A stretch of 64,000 nt of DNA from Antedon mediterranea (lineage: Eukaryota > Animalia > Echinodermata): assembly GCF_964355755.1 (NCBI RefSeq), contig NC_092675.1, forward strand, positions 26,198,912 to 26,262,911. The letters run 5' to 3'. The position numbers were made by a program, and so were the translations under genes. The notes below the pieces were generated by a model. The model was given only the letters and a program-made list of their open reading frames with translations. It ran no database searches and was not told the DNA's origin. Positions 26,629 through 41,091 of the stretch are shown here, one piece after another (position 1 is the first letter of the stretch; every line of letters begins with the position of its first letter).

Positions 26629-26919
26629 AATATTTTTTATATTTTATTTTATATTAATTTTATTTAATTTTTCTCTTTTAATGGCCTGTAAGGAGTTCGT
26701 TTTGGGGATTTATAAACCTTAGGCTAAAGAAAACAGCCCCACTCCATAGCTACAGTGGTGATCTTTCTCTAGACCGAACGAAAATGTAGACATGGCGAAC
26801 GAGACTAATTTCCTTTTAAAATTTGTTTTATTTTGTTACAATAAGAAATGCAAAAATATTGTTAAAAATAAATATTAAATGTATAATGTACTTTTATTTT
26901 ACTTTTATTTTAGAAAAGT

Positions 26920-29900
26920 ATGCTTGTTAGTGTTACAATCTTGCTTCAATGTATTTGTTGCTGCCTGGGTAAGTTAGATCATAGAGATAGATCCAAACGA
27001 CTAAGAAGAAGGATGCAGATTAAACAAATTACAAAAATACGATAATCTGTTTATTTTTCAATAAATGTCAATCGATAATTTATGTTTTTCATGATTATTC
27101 AATTAAAAAAATTTCATTTTAATGATTTTATAATGTACCGGTGCATTTTCATATCACACACGTTAGCTTAGTTTATTCATAATAACAAACATCGCCTTTT
27201 TACTCACTATCATCTATCACAAAGTTAATAAAATTAATAAAGAATATTTATTTATACCAATAGTATATTGTATCTTTTAGGAAAAGAAGGGTATATAACA
27301 GTCTTGAATATATATCCACAAAGCAACGATAATCAAGTGTACCAATGTTACGTTCCTACCGTGTTCACTGGTTATAATTTAAGCTACGGGAGATCATTTG
27401 CAGTAGAGAATATTGAAAGTGTAAATGAAATGTCCTGGAATGTGCCAGGCGATAAGGTGCACGAAAGATATGTCGTAGTTGATGATGTAGGCATGGGAGT
27501 ATATTATTGCCAGATAGCAGACAATGAAATCACTACAATTGTTCAAACTACTAAAATAAGAGATGATGGTAAGGCAATAATGTTTATAATTTCTTTTACT
27601 TACGACTGTAAAACCACCCGATTCTGCTACTGTCCACAGGTGCTATCTGTAAAACTATAGCAAGTTATACACGTTGCTGTCTGCTATAAATGCTGTACTT
27701 TTAACACACGGTACACTGTCTGTAGCACAGTGTGTGTTGACAATTTACAATGATGTACAACCATAGGCAGGTTTTCGTACTGCCATGCAAGAATGGATAG
27801 GTGTTTTCCGCCGCTTTTAGGCCTTCTAGTCAATTATTGTTATTATTATACGAATTACGTAATTAGTCTAGTAGCTCATCTACCTTTTTAGCAGGGCATA
27901 ATGAATATTGTAGCTAGGCTAGGCCTACTAGTCTAGCGGGAAATCAACCAATTATTTGGTTGGATACGAGTTTAGGGTAGGAGGTTAAGTACGAGTTGGC
28001 ATGGGTACGAGTCGACCAGGGGTGAATCGACCAGAGTACACCCGGCCGCCCTACTAGAGCATAGGCTACAGGCCTGCAGGAATGGGAAATCTGTCCTAGC
28101 TATAGGCATAGGTCTACATTGGGACGCCCAAAAAAGCCATCCTATGAGCATAAAAAGGCCTCGTAGAGCCAGAAATGTTAACATATACTACACATATAGT
28201 ACGTCTACCATTTATTATAGTTCCATGGTACTACGGATCACTACTATCTAGGTCTAGTAGGCTAGGGTAGGGTTCCAGTAATTTCGGTCGCGTTTTTTCC
28301 GGAGGGCATGTGAGAGGTGAGGTAGGTTAGCCCAGCTAAGCTAAACTAACATGTAAGTAGTATTCTACCATGGGATGAGAACGAGTCGGCATGGGGGTAC
28401 GGGTTGATCTTTATCCGTATTCTAGGGTGCTGGTCAATCCGTAACGTACCCATGTCAACTCGTACCAAACTTGGAAAACTCGTACCCAAATAATTGGTCA
28501 ACTCGTACCAATAGCTTTATAGCTTTATTGATAGCTGGGTTCAAATCTAGGTTGGGACGGTTTTTTCTCATTCTAAAACAGATTTCCTTATAATAATAAA
28601 ATAATATCGACCTATGAATTTAACTGTAATATTGTATTGTATACATAATATTAGTAGTAATAGTAATTCCCATTGCATTTATTATTATAATATATTTTAC
28701 GGTTACCCCTTAATTATACTATAGTATAACTTCCTTGTTATATTTTACAATATTTTCTTCATAATTCAACAATTTTTGTTCACAGCTAATTATCAAACTG
28801 AATCATCACACACCAAATCACATGAAATCTCTAGTGTATTTCTCCAAGCTAATCCAGCTACATGGTATTGCCTTGAGGCTAAACTACACTGTATACTGGG
28901 CACTACCATCATTCCTGGCCCGTCAACCTGGATCACATTATGGTCCAACACAGTCGTGTACTACTGATTCCAAATAGTGAATTACATCCTGTGGTCAAGG
29001 ATTTATTTGCACTTATGCTTATTTCCTCCAACATACAGAGTACGTAGGGCTTTTAATTTGCTTTTATACCTGTTAATTAAAAAATCGTTTATGCCTATTG
29101 TTGCATAAAGATCAAATTTAGACTGTAAATACTGGGATGATCACCCTAAATTTTCTTTTTCATTTAACAATTTTATATTTCACAGCCAGAAAAAAGCATA
29201 CAGGTTTTTTTTTATTCATAACTGTTGAATTGCATCCCAATACATGGTACCTATTGGTATTATATCTATAATAATAAAGTACTCTCTTATAAATAGATGT
29301 ATCTCTCCAAACTACTCCAACTACCTAATCTAATAATAGTACTATTAGCATACTACCTGTACACTTTGTAGACAAGAAATAAGTTGTATCCACCTAGAGG
29401 ACTTATGTTAGTACTGTACAGTCGATCGTCCTCTCACTGGTCTGGTCAACATATTCTACGCCTAGATTATTACAGTAATTAAAGTACATTATTACAGAGA
29501 TTTTTTTTAAAAATAATATAATTTAATATTATGTTCATATTATTTTATTATATCATAGAGATTTTCAAAAACATAGTTTGGTAACATTTAGTTTCTGTTT
29601 TAGACCTTTAATATTTGGAAATAACCTATAATAATTATAAAACATTCTTGTTTTCAATGCCATTATGCGGTTAAAAACAAGTACAGCAGCATGCATATGT
29701 AGATAGAGTACACCTATATATTGTGAGAACATAATTTCAATAATTTCTTTGTTAGTTATCAACCTAGGGGTTAAATTATTAGGAAAACATTGGTTTATTT
29801 TTTTTATGTGTACAGAAATTTGTTCTTCTAGCCTCAGATCATTCCTGAAGTTAGACATAAATCACATAAATTAGTATTAAGTAATGAATATTAGATGAAA

Positions 29901-32900
29901 TACAGTACAAATACATGTTTCAGGAGGATACTTTATGTTAAAGGTGATAATTAGTTTAAATGTTACACCAATGAAATTTATTCAATTACCAGGTTGAAGT
30001 AGTCTTGTGGAAACACTACTATGTACTCATGTAGAACACAGTCAGTTCTACCAAGGTTAGAGGTGGGTGCCAACATTTGAGATAAGTGGAAACATGACCT
30101 TTTCAATAGTAAATTCATTACCAGCATTATAAATAAAATGTTAAAAAGATGAGAATGCAAGTAAATATTAGATTCATAGTCCTCATTATGCACAATGGTT
30201 TTCTACTATCACATTATTAAAATATAAAACAATCATATAGCCATTAATGAATTTACATGGAGGTCTATCCAAATAAATTTAAATAAAAAGGTCATAATAT
30301 GTCTTTGTCTCCAGTTCGTGGAAAATGAACAAAAAATATTCAAAATATCCTGCCAGTTTGCGTTCAGTACAACCTGCTTAGTTTTTAATACGATTACTGC
30401 TTTCTATACACTAAACTTTGATTTCTGCAAAAAAAAAAAAAATCTCTGTAATAATGTACTTTTTAATTACTGTAATAATCTAGGCATAGATTATGTTGAC
30501 CAGGCCAGTGAGAGGACGATCGACTGTACAGTACTACCATAAGTCCTCTAGGTGGATACAACTTATTTCTTGTCTACAAAGTGTACAGTAGTATGCTATT
30601 AGTACTATTATTAGATTAGGTAGTTGAGTAGTTTGGAGAGATACATCTATGTATAAGAGAGTACTTTATATTTATAGATATAATACCAATAGGTACCATG
30701 TATTGGGATGCAATTCAACAGTTATGAATAAAAAAAACTCTGTATGCTTTTTTCTGGCTGTGAAATATAAAATTGTTAAATGAAAAAGAAAATTTAGGGT
30801 GATCATCCCAGTATTTACAGTCTAAATTTGATCTTTATGCAACATTAGGCATAAACGATTTTTTAATTAACAGGTATAAAAGCAAATTAAAAGCCCTACG
30901 TACTCTGTATGTTGGAGGAAATAAGCATAAGTGCAAATAAATCCTTGACCACAGGATGTAATTCACTATTTGGAATCAGTAGTACACGACTGTGTTGGAC
31001 CATAATGTGGTCCAGGTTGACGGGCCAGGAATGATGGTAGTACCCAGTATACAGTGTAGTTTAGCCTCAAGGCAATACCATGTAGCTGGATTAGCTTGGA
31101 GAAATACACTAGAGATTTCATGAGATTTGGTGTGTGATGATTCAGTTTGATAATTAGCTGTGAAAAAAAATTGTTGAATTATGAAGAAAATATTGTAAAA
31201 TATAACAAGGAAGTTATACTATAGTATAATTAAGGGGTAACCGTAAACTCGTATCCAACCAAATAATTGGTTGATTTCCCGCTAGACTAGTAGGCCTAGC
31301 CTAGCTACAATATTCATTATGCCCTGCTAAAAAGGTAGATGAGCTACTAGACTAACGTAATTCGTATAATAATAACAATAATTGACTAGAAAGTCTAAAA
31401 GCGGCGTAAAACACCTATCCATTCTTGCATGGAAGTACGAAAACCTGCCTATGGTTGTACATCATTGTAAATTGTCAACACACACTGTGCTACAGACCGT
31501 GTACCGTGTGTTGAAAGTACAGCATTTATAGCAGACAGCAACGTGTATAACTTGCTATAGTTTTACAGATAGCACCTGTGGACAGTAGCAGAATCGGGTG
31601 GTAAAACAGTAATAATTATTTATTTAAAAACTGCTTGATTGTAAAGTTAATCATATTAAAATGTAATACTACTTTATTTTTTTTCAAAATAGCCATAATA
31701 ACGCCTGACAATTCTAAAAATACAGTAACTGTAAATGTTGGAGATGACGTCACAATTAGATTCTACACCGATTTCAACAATACTTTAGTGTGGAGGAAAG
31801 ATGGGTCTACTCCATTAAAGATTGGAACGGAAAAAAGCATGACCTTTAACCCAGTAGAGACCAGTGATGCTGGAGTTTACGAAATGCACCAGAGTGGTAC
31901 CCGAGAAGATCGTATGCATTCGTTTATCAAGTTGATTGTACGAGGTCAATAATCGCAAAAAATATAAAATAATAAAATGTGATCAGCACTTTTCACGAAT
32001 AAACATGTTTATATTATTTATATAAGAAAGTAAAATAAAATGAATTCAGATTTTTAAAAATAAGCGATATTTTATTATACATCAGGCCTATCCTAAATAA
32101 AGCCGTATAATAATAATAAATAAGTCAACATTAGGAATATTAGGCATTAGAGCTATACTTTTATAAAAAAGTAACGATTACCCGATGAATATTTCGGCCT
32201 AAATACATTTAAAAAAAAACCTCAGTTTTAATGACGATTTAAAAACCTACTAGGTCTAAGCAGGGATCTTCCTGGTCTAATGATCACAAATTTTGATTTC
32301 AAACTTTCCAGACTGAAGTTATGATGACTTGCTTTTTCTGTACTATTTTAGAGTGTCCTAATCACAAATGGGATCCACCTGACTGCACTGGTGACTGTGA
32401 ATACTGCTATAATGGAGGTATATGTGATGACAAAACTGGATTATGTATTTGTGCACCTGGATTTAAGGGAGCGACGTGTGAAATCGGTAAAAAGCATTTT
32501 AAAGTAAACATTCAATTCTCTGCTCTTCTATTATTATAGAAATAGTACCTTTAACGTATACTCAATAGCCTATAGGTTATTCATTCATTCAATCTTCTAT
32601 TTCGGAATCTCTAGTCCATAAAAAGTAAATTATGTATACATTTTTAAAAACCTGACTAATTACTACAAAACGAAGTGCTCTCAACCTGACCCTCTCATTG
32701 AATTTATCAACACAGACAACAGATGCATATGTTATTTTTTATGTATGCAGTTTGAGAAACAGGCAATAGTTTCTTGTTTATAGACAGGGACAACAACGAG
32801 TGCAGTAAACACCATATTATTGTCATTGATAAATTAAAAAGGGCTCAATACAGTATATGACATGGAAATAGATGTATAGTGTAAATAGTGTGGTATGAAT

Positions 32901-35900
32901 TAGGCCTTTTTTAGAATCTAAAAGCTACTTGTTAATCATATTAATGCAATACCATTGATTGTAGTATTTAATAATAATTATATGGCCAGGTTTTATTATT
33001 TATTAGCAAATAATACATTACACCTTACACCTTCCTTACGTAGAATGCGGAGGGAATAAACATGGTTGGAATTGTGAAAACATTTGTTCCAGTAAACTCG
33101 ATCTTAATAGGTGTAGATATTTTCAGTTTTGTTTACCTGATCCATATGGATGCAGCTGTGTTACCGGTTACAAAGGATTGAAATGCGATACAGGTAGAAA
33201 CAATCTTAAATTTACAAGACAATATTATTTTAAAATATAGTATAATGTATATTATTCGTTGCTATTTTAAGTACATTAATGGAAATCTACCACGTTTTAC
33301 TCCAAATTTGTTATTTCGATTTATAAAAAATACTTACACTTAACAGAATGCACACCAGGTACATTTGGTGCAGACTGTGCTCAAACTTGTCATTGTAAAC
33401 AAGGTGGTTGTGATCGATATACAGGAATATGCACTGACACTCAAGACTCGTCTTGTGCGTACCCATGGATGGGATCTAACTGCCAAAGTAAGACAGATTA
33501 AATAGGCATAAGCATTTGTAACAATTAGTTGTTTAAGATAGTAAAACTACCAGATTAGTTTGGATTTTTAACTTTATACACAGGCTTTCTCTGGGGTTCT
33601 TTTGCTAAATTCCATAGAAAAAAAATGTTTCTGTTCATTTTACCAACAGCAAACAAGCAACACCTAGTAGACCTATTATATTATAATATGTTTAAATCTG
33701 CTCTCAAAACTCACCTTTTTTCATCATTTCACTCTTTCTCTGCGATCTCGTTTCATATTAGAGGCCTACGTTACTTTCCAATTTTGTAGAGCGTTAACAT
33801 AAGTACACGGGAAACTATAGTTTTCAGTGATTTGTTGTTTGTTTTGTGTTTAGTTAAATTTATCAAATCAAGTAATTAGTAATCATTTAATTACGGAGAA
33901 GAATTATTCAAATTTTGTTCAATCGAAGATAGATAAATGGTAATGATAAATGAATTTGAATTTCACAAACTATTTTATTTTAAGTTAATAAATAAAATAT
34001 TTTATTTAACCAAGTTTAAATATAACAACAATAGTTGTATCTTTATTTACACAGGAATCCTCAATACAACATTTATATCAGCAAATAACGGCCATAGTAC
34101 AACTGCATCCTGTTCATTTTATTATGCTGATGCGTACAAAATTGAAGCAATTATTATGGTGATAAATGATGACATCACAGAAAATATCACAACACCGTTG
34201 GAAACAAAACGAGATGATCAAAATATATTGACACATACATTTTCTGTGATAGCTGATTATGATTCAGTATACATATGTGTAACTTTGCAAGGGGGTGTAT
34301 CAACCCAGAGTGTTATCTTCTCAGAAATATTTCGTAAGTAGATCAAACAAGGCCATATACATGGCTGCAGTCGCGTGCTCAAGTTAGTGTTTACCGACAC
34401 ACCGACCGACTGACCGACCAACCGACACAGTGAGCTGTAGAGTCGCGTTGCACGTGACTAAACATGCTTGAGTAGGCTTCAATATATATAGTAATATAAA
34501 AGGATTGAAAGAATAATCATTTTTTTCTTAAAAGGTTTACCTGTATATAACGATAGTCTAACGATACTTGACGTTTCAAGCTCCTTTATCGCCATTGAAT
34601 GGATGGCATGGAACAACACTACTGATGATGGAGATGGTCCAGTTGTTGGATACTTTTTATACCACAAACTGAGCAATACAAATGATTGGAAGAAGACATT
34701 TTATGAGAATTCTTTATCTGGCAATGTTAGTGAGTTGATGTGGGATACAGAATACACTTTTGGTGTTTCTGCTGTGAGACCTGGTGAAGGAGGAGAAGGG
34801 AAAATTGGAAACAAAGGACTCACAGCTAAAACTCTATGCGGAAGTAGGCCTATAATTAATTGATTACATCTCTTATTACTTATGATAATAAAAAGAACAT
34901 TCTATGTCGTTATTTTATAAAATGATGTACACATAATTCTACTGTAATACTATATATTCTTCTAATCTTGAATCGTACAATATTGAGGACTTTTGTTTCC
35001 ACGCGTTTAAGTCAAACATTTTTATGCGCACGCTCAGAAACATACATGAGAGTTATATTTATTTTCTTACATAATAGGCCTACACAGATTTACAGTATAA
35101 ACTTATCGTAGTTGTTTTTTTACAATACAGTATGCTAGGCATACTTTATGATTGATTAGGGCATACAATATTATTATTTTACCTTTTAAAAATACTAATC
35201 ACTAATAATTTAAACTAATCAATTTCACTGATAAAAGGCCTATTTACATATAAATCACATAGGCCTAATGATAATTATTTTACAGGGCCTTCTCCAGTTC
35301 AGAACGTGAAACACAGAGTTTTAACAACTGAATCTGAAAGTGTAGAAGTTACATGGATAGTAAGTAGGCCAATTATAACAATCTTCATTTTTAACGACAT
35401 TATCATGTCGTCTGTTAACATGACCACTACTTTGTTATACTTTTTTTACAATAGGCCCTACAGTTTAAAATGAATATATTACAAACTCTGGTATTTACCG
35501 TTTGAATAAAATGTGTAATAATATATACATGTTTATATAATATATACATATTCTAACATTTATTTTGCAATATCATTCATCAATTAGAATAAAAATATAT
35601 GTTGATCTTTTCAAGGGAATAGTCGATGTCCAATCATTAAAATGTTTCAGTAAAACATTTGTCTACAACGTTTACCTAAAGGTGGCCAACAATGAAGGGT
35701 ATCGTGAGGAGGTTTACCAGACTCATAGCAATCTACTTACTATCGATAATATTGCATTTTCTGACAGCTATGATATTTTAGTAACTGTGTCGAATAAGGA
35801 CAGCGAGAGTATATCTGTTAAGAGTTTAGCAGAACTAACAAATGGTAGGTAAAATAAAAACTTAAAGCTTAGTTTGTTAAATAACAATATTTTATAATCT

Positions 35901-37738
35901 TGGCATTTTTGTAATTGATTGTTTGTTATATAACGAGTTCAGTATACTAAAATGTATTCATTTCAGAATGTGAAAATACATGTAATTCTGGTGGCATAGT
36001 TGGTGGTACCTTGTTTGCAGGTGTTTGTATCGGTGTATTAAGTACTATTATGATATTGCTGGGGTAAGCTAGTAGAATTTTGAAAGTAATAAATATTGTT
36101 ATTGTTATGTTGTGTCCGTTGGTTATTTATCTTAATATATTATAAAATGAAATTACTTTTTAATAATAAAACTAATATACGTTTGCTTCTGATTCCAACA
36201 TGTTGGTCTAAATAAATCAGTTTTAATTGTCTGTGGATGAGATTTTTGTAACCTGTTTTATGTAGTAGAAAAAAAAGGAGAGTGACATGACTTCAGTTTC
36301 CGTTACAAATATAAAATATGAAATTAAAAGGTCTGTTTTTATTATAGTAGTAAATGTTTTGTTTCTGTTTTAAAGCAAACAACGTATACGTACAAATATG
36401 TGTAGGTCAGACTCTGGTGATGATCCACATGCTCAACACCAATCTGGTAATATTAATAATGATTCTTCATCAAGGTATCTATCAATTAATATTTATCTGT
36501 TATACTAAATGTTTAAAAAATATGAGTTTACTCTAGTTCTGTTTGGTGCTACTTTTATAATATTTAATTAATTGAAGTTATTACTTACTTAATTTTCTCG
36601 TATGCTTTTCTTTCAATTGAATTTGTCACATTAGGCTAAATAAGCTACTAATGAATTCAATGAAGTTTATTAACCCAAAATAAACAATAAGTACAATACT
36701 GAAACTCTGATAATAGAAAGCACAGTACAATTATCCTCAGTAATTGCAGTCAGTTATTTTGCCATGAGTTTAGTATTACGATACATACAAAAACAAAAAA
36801 AAAACATATAAATTTAATTTTCAAAAATTATTTTTTTTTTCCAAAGTGGTATAAATCAAGAAAGACCGAATTTAAGTAAGTCTGACGTTAAAACGTCAAA
36901 TGAGCTACATGTTTATTACGATTATGAAAATGAGGGTAACAATATAGAATATTCAACATGGTAAGTATAAATATGTGCATTGATCTAATTTATTTCACCA
37001 GAACACTAACCCAGTAAACATTTAACAAGTTTTGTAAAAACGAATTACAGTTATGTAGGTTTCAAAATAGTATGCTAATAGTATTATAATGTACTGCTAC
37101 AAAATACTAAAAATAGCACTTCAATAATATAACTGTAACTGCATATGTAGTCACTAGTAATGCTCCAGCAAGTTTATAGAGAACTTTGTATTTAGTTAAA
37201 GTTTCTTTTGTTTAATTGCCTAATTTGCATATTATTTTATCCAGCAGTTGTTTACTGCATTGAGCAGTCAGTTTCTTTTGTTCTTAGTTCTACTATAAGT
37301 TAGTTGTAGCTGTGCACCCAGTAAGGGCAGATCATGTTTTGTTACCAGCACACCATTTTATTTACCTGGAATTTACTTACATTCAGTGAATGCATTTATA
37401 TTTATGTTGCTTTAGATGTATCCTTATGTTGCTTTGGATTTATATTTATGTTGCTTTTCGATTGCCAGTATTCATATAAGGAAGATTCGATTAAAATCAT
37501 CCTGTTATACATAAAGAAGATTCAATTACAATCATTCTGTGTATCCTTTATTTATGTTCTGCGTAAACAAACTGCTCGCCAGCCAGCTACACTCGCCTAA
37601 TTGTTGTCGCAATTAAAATAACAATAATAGTGGGACTTTTAATGTTTCTATTATTTCATTTTCAGCGATAACCCAACTGAAGAAAGTGTTTATGCATTAC
37701 CTGATGATGATCCTGAAGAATCATTTTATGTAAATTAA
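26920..37738 (+). CDS. G4: kinase-less TIE-like receptor lacking EGF4 (SP-Ig1-Ig2-EGF1-3-Ig3-FN3-FN3-TM-Tyr tail), about 762 aa
   Basis: Exons 26920-26968, 27281-27568, 31693-31944, 32352-32486, 33044-33193, 33347-33487, 34055-34333, 34535-34843, 35286-35359, 35616-35844, TM 35967-36063, 36376-36474, 36847-36960, 37666-37738. The total is 2289 nt in frame. The protein ends SVYALPDDDPEESFYVN*. Confidence 0.88.
27605..31610. mobile_element. About 4-kb foldback element with long inverted arms, in the G4 Ig1-Ig2 intron
   Basis: 27605-27974 is the reverse complement of 31244-31610, and 28696-29508 is the reverse complement of about 30435-31247, with scattered mismatches. 27975-28695, which contains GGTACGAGTTG/CAACTCGTACC sub-repeats, is present only in the left arm. 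The central spacer is about 0.9 kb. Confidence 0.88.
34346..34463. mobile_element. Short HINE/DINE-like element with ACCG microsatellite
   Basis: AACAAGGCCATATACATGGCTGCAGTCGCGTGCTCAAGTTAGTGTTTACCGAC(ACCG)n...GTCGCGTTGCACGTGACTAAA. A second copy lies at about 49110-49198. Confidence 0.65.
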
Positions 37739-39264
37739 TCGACATCCGTATAGGATGGTATTTACAAAACTGAGCAAAACACAATACGGTTAAATGTGTA
37801 TGCTGTAATTAATGGAAATGGAAATCATTGTTTGATTGCAGACAATGTTTATTTATGTGTGGGAAATCAGACTTTACTAAAATGACGATAATACGTATAT
37901 TATATATTGAGTAAGAAAAGATGGCGAACACGTTTATAATATAGATTGGTATATAATGGTTTAGTTAAAATATTAAAAACATTTAAATTAATAATTACTA
38001 TAATATATAATACTAATGTTTTTCTTTCTGTTTTTTTTTATTTAGGGACTTTATGTGAACAGTTCCATATTTTAGTTTTAATGTGATTCCCTAAAAAGTC
38101 ATCTGCTGTATATAATTTACCTATTCGATAAAATTCACATTTTTGCATTAGTTTCTGTTTTTCAATGACTTTCTTTCTGAATAAAATTTAAATTATTTGA
38201 AACATGTTATTATTAAAAATGTGTTTTATTTATAACATATTGTGTAAATAATTATGTATTGTGCTACATTATGGTGCAACTATAATCAGGGTACCTTGCG
38301 ATCTCTCCATGTATGCTACAATAATGGTTTAAGAATGTTGCTACAAAGGCCTCGACATTGCAGTGCCAGCCTTATGTTTACGGAATGTTGAATTCCTTCT
38401 TTTTATGAATTGTTATTTTAAGAAAATCAATATATGGCCTCTGATCGGTAGACTATGCAAGCGAAAATGTTTTTATATTATTATATGCAACGTCTTAGTT
38501 AAGTCGAAGATGATCTTTAGGTGGAATGCCATCCAGGTGGAATGCCATCCTGAGATGAGTAGTAGTAATCAGTTTTGTTTATTTTATTTCATTTATATGT
38601 AATTTTTACTTTCTATGGACCAGAGATTCCGAAATAAAAGATTGAATTAATGAATTATGAATGAGACGAACAAAAGGATAGGAGGAGAGAGAAAGTCGAA
38701 TTATCGTATATATTTTATTAGTGTATAAAAAAGAAAAGGTATTAGAAAGAAGTATAAGGAAGGTGGATTTATGAAAAGTATTTAACATTGAACAAAAGAG
38801 GAAAAATGATGTAATTCGTATTTCTTTGTTTTTGATTAATCATTATCATTATATTATCTACCAATATATTTATCTATTATTCTATTATTAAAAAATAAAA
38901 TATTCGACATTTATAAGCCTACTTAAGTGTTTGTTATTCTTATAATGGCTACTTACAAAGTGTTCATAGCAAAGAATGGCAAAAAGTTCACATGACTTCA
39001 GGAAGGTAAATATTTAAGTAAAAGATATTTAAATAAAAATATAAGTCCTAAAACCAGGCCTCTTTAATTATAATCAAAGCATTCGTACTTTTCTTTTCTT
39101 CTCTTTCAACTTTATTACCTCCCTTGGAATAGCATCAAACAAATATAAAAGAATTTAAATACAATGATAGTTTACTGCTGCTCGGTGAGTATTTGTTTGT
39201 TCGTTATTCTTTTGCAAATGTAGGCCTAAGATCACCCGTGAAATGTTTGGTAAACATGAGCCTT

Positions 39265-39374
39265 ATTTCCTCTTTTGAGTCAATCAGCGGAACTATTAAG
39301 TATTGCTTTGCTAAATAGCATAATATCTTAAGTTCATTTGTGGTCATAATTTGCATAACAAATTAACTGTAAGT
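39265..39374 (+). promoter_or_regulatory. Putative G5 promoter and first non-coding exon
   Basis: ATTTCCTCTTTT (reverse strand AAAAGAGGAAAT, PU.1/Spi-like) at 39265 and donor GTAAGT at 39369. Confidence 0.4.
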
Positions 39375-40944
39375 ATTCACAATGTTAATTTTATCTTATA
39401 GTAATAATTATTTTTGTCTGATGTTCCCTTTTTTTATATATTCTGCCTTAATTACTGAAAAATGCAGATACCATGCATGGTACGGTACATTAAAAAAAAA
39501 AAAATTCCGTAATGTATTCCTATGTAAAGTAATATTGATGTTTTGTTGTATTTCGAGATTTTCTCGGTTTTATCTAATAAAATTGTTTAATCTTCAAGAA
39601 AAATTATCTAATCAGTAAGAGTTTAATTCCACTCTTCTCTGATTTAATGAAGATTCGTAATAAACAGAAATTCCGTGTTAAAAAAACAACGAAGAAAAGA
39701 AAGAAATATTGCATAATAGTCTTTGTTTTTCGTTCATTAAAAAAAAAGTAAAAATTATATTCGCCTCAATATTTCTCTTTTTATTTTCATTTCTAGAAAA
39801 GCATGATTGTTATAGGCCTACTTCTGATCTTGCTTCAATGTTATTTCAGTTTGGGTAAGTTATGAATTTACTTGTAAAGGATTGATTATTTTGCAAGTGC
39901 ATTTATATAATATCTTTGAATAGATGTGTGTTTAGTGAGTTTTTGATGTAATTACAACAAAAATCATGTTTGTAAACCGATGATAACAAAAATACAATGT
40001 TAGAACAAATATGTATAAATAACTATATTTGAAAATTGATGAATTGATGATGAACCCACATAAGACAAAAACAATGTGAAGCTATTTATTAAATGATCTC
40101 CACTAAATAGGCCTAAATTGAAACAAGGCGTCATGGAAGAATTTGGCTTGAATCATAATGTTACACAACTAGGCTGTGTGAAATATTGGTTTATTTGTGA
40201 TGATGGATGTAATTATAGTGTAATTTAGAAAATATTACTAGGACACATTGCAAGATCCATCCATGTTCGGGTTCATTTATTAATTTCGTCTCAAAATCTG
40301 TAGCTTTCTATTGTATTATGTCATTGTTGTATTTTCCTATGTGTTTTGAGGCGGAATAAATGTGTTTACATTTCGTGTAAAAAACTTAATTTGAAATTAT
40401 TTGTATTTATATTCTCCTAAACGCCACGGCCCATTTGATGAATTTGAAAGTTTAAATGCAAGATTCTTTAAAAAATGTCCGTATTTATATGTGTGTATTA
40501 TACTGTAATATTTAACTATTTATTTTGTGATTCAGGAAATGATGGATATATAACAGTTTTGAATATAAATCCACAAACCAACAGTTACCAACTATACCAA
40601 TGTTACACTCCTACTACATTTACTAACTACAGTTTGAGTTACGGTAGATCATTTAAAGTCAAGAGTTGGGAAAGTATAAATGAAATGTCGTGGACCGACG
40701 TGCCGCGAGGTGATCGTAAGTATGTCGTTGATGAAGCAGTAGGCATGGGAGTATACTATTGTAAGATAGTAAAAGATGACGTCACTACAATTGTTCAAAC
40801 TATAAGAATACATGCAACTGGTAAGGAAATGAAATGAATAGCAATAAGTTAGTCACATGATGTTTGTTACGTTTATTCTACCACCGTACATTTTAGCACC
40901 TGGATTAATAGGCTCTATAGATCCGCTGACAAATATCTTTATAT

Positions 40945-41091
40945 GTATTTATATGTGTGTATTATACTGTAATATTTAACTATTTATTTTGTGATTCAAG
41001 AAATGATGGATATATAAAAGTTTTGAATATAAATCCACAAACTGACAGTTAACAACTATACCAATGTTACACACCTACTACATTTACTAAC
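40945..41091 (+). pseudogene. Partial tandem duplicate of the Ig1 acceptor and exon 5' part
   Basis: Near-identical copy of 40481-40627. The acceptor CAGG has become CAAG, there is a TAC>TAA stop, and the copy is truncated. Confidence 0.85.

Noticed and set aside
27605-31610. Inverted repeat as an assembly or chimeric-read artefact
   Set aside because: The arms differ by multiple substitutions, small indels and a 725-bp block, and the flanking exons continue in the correct order. That fits a real insertion better.
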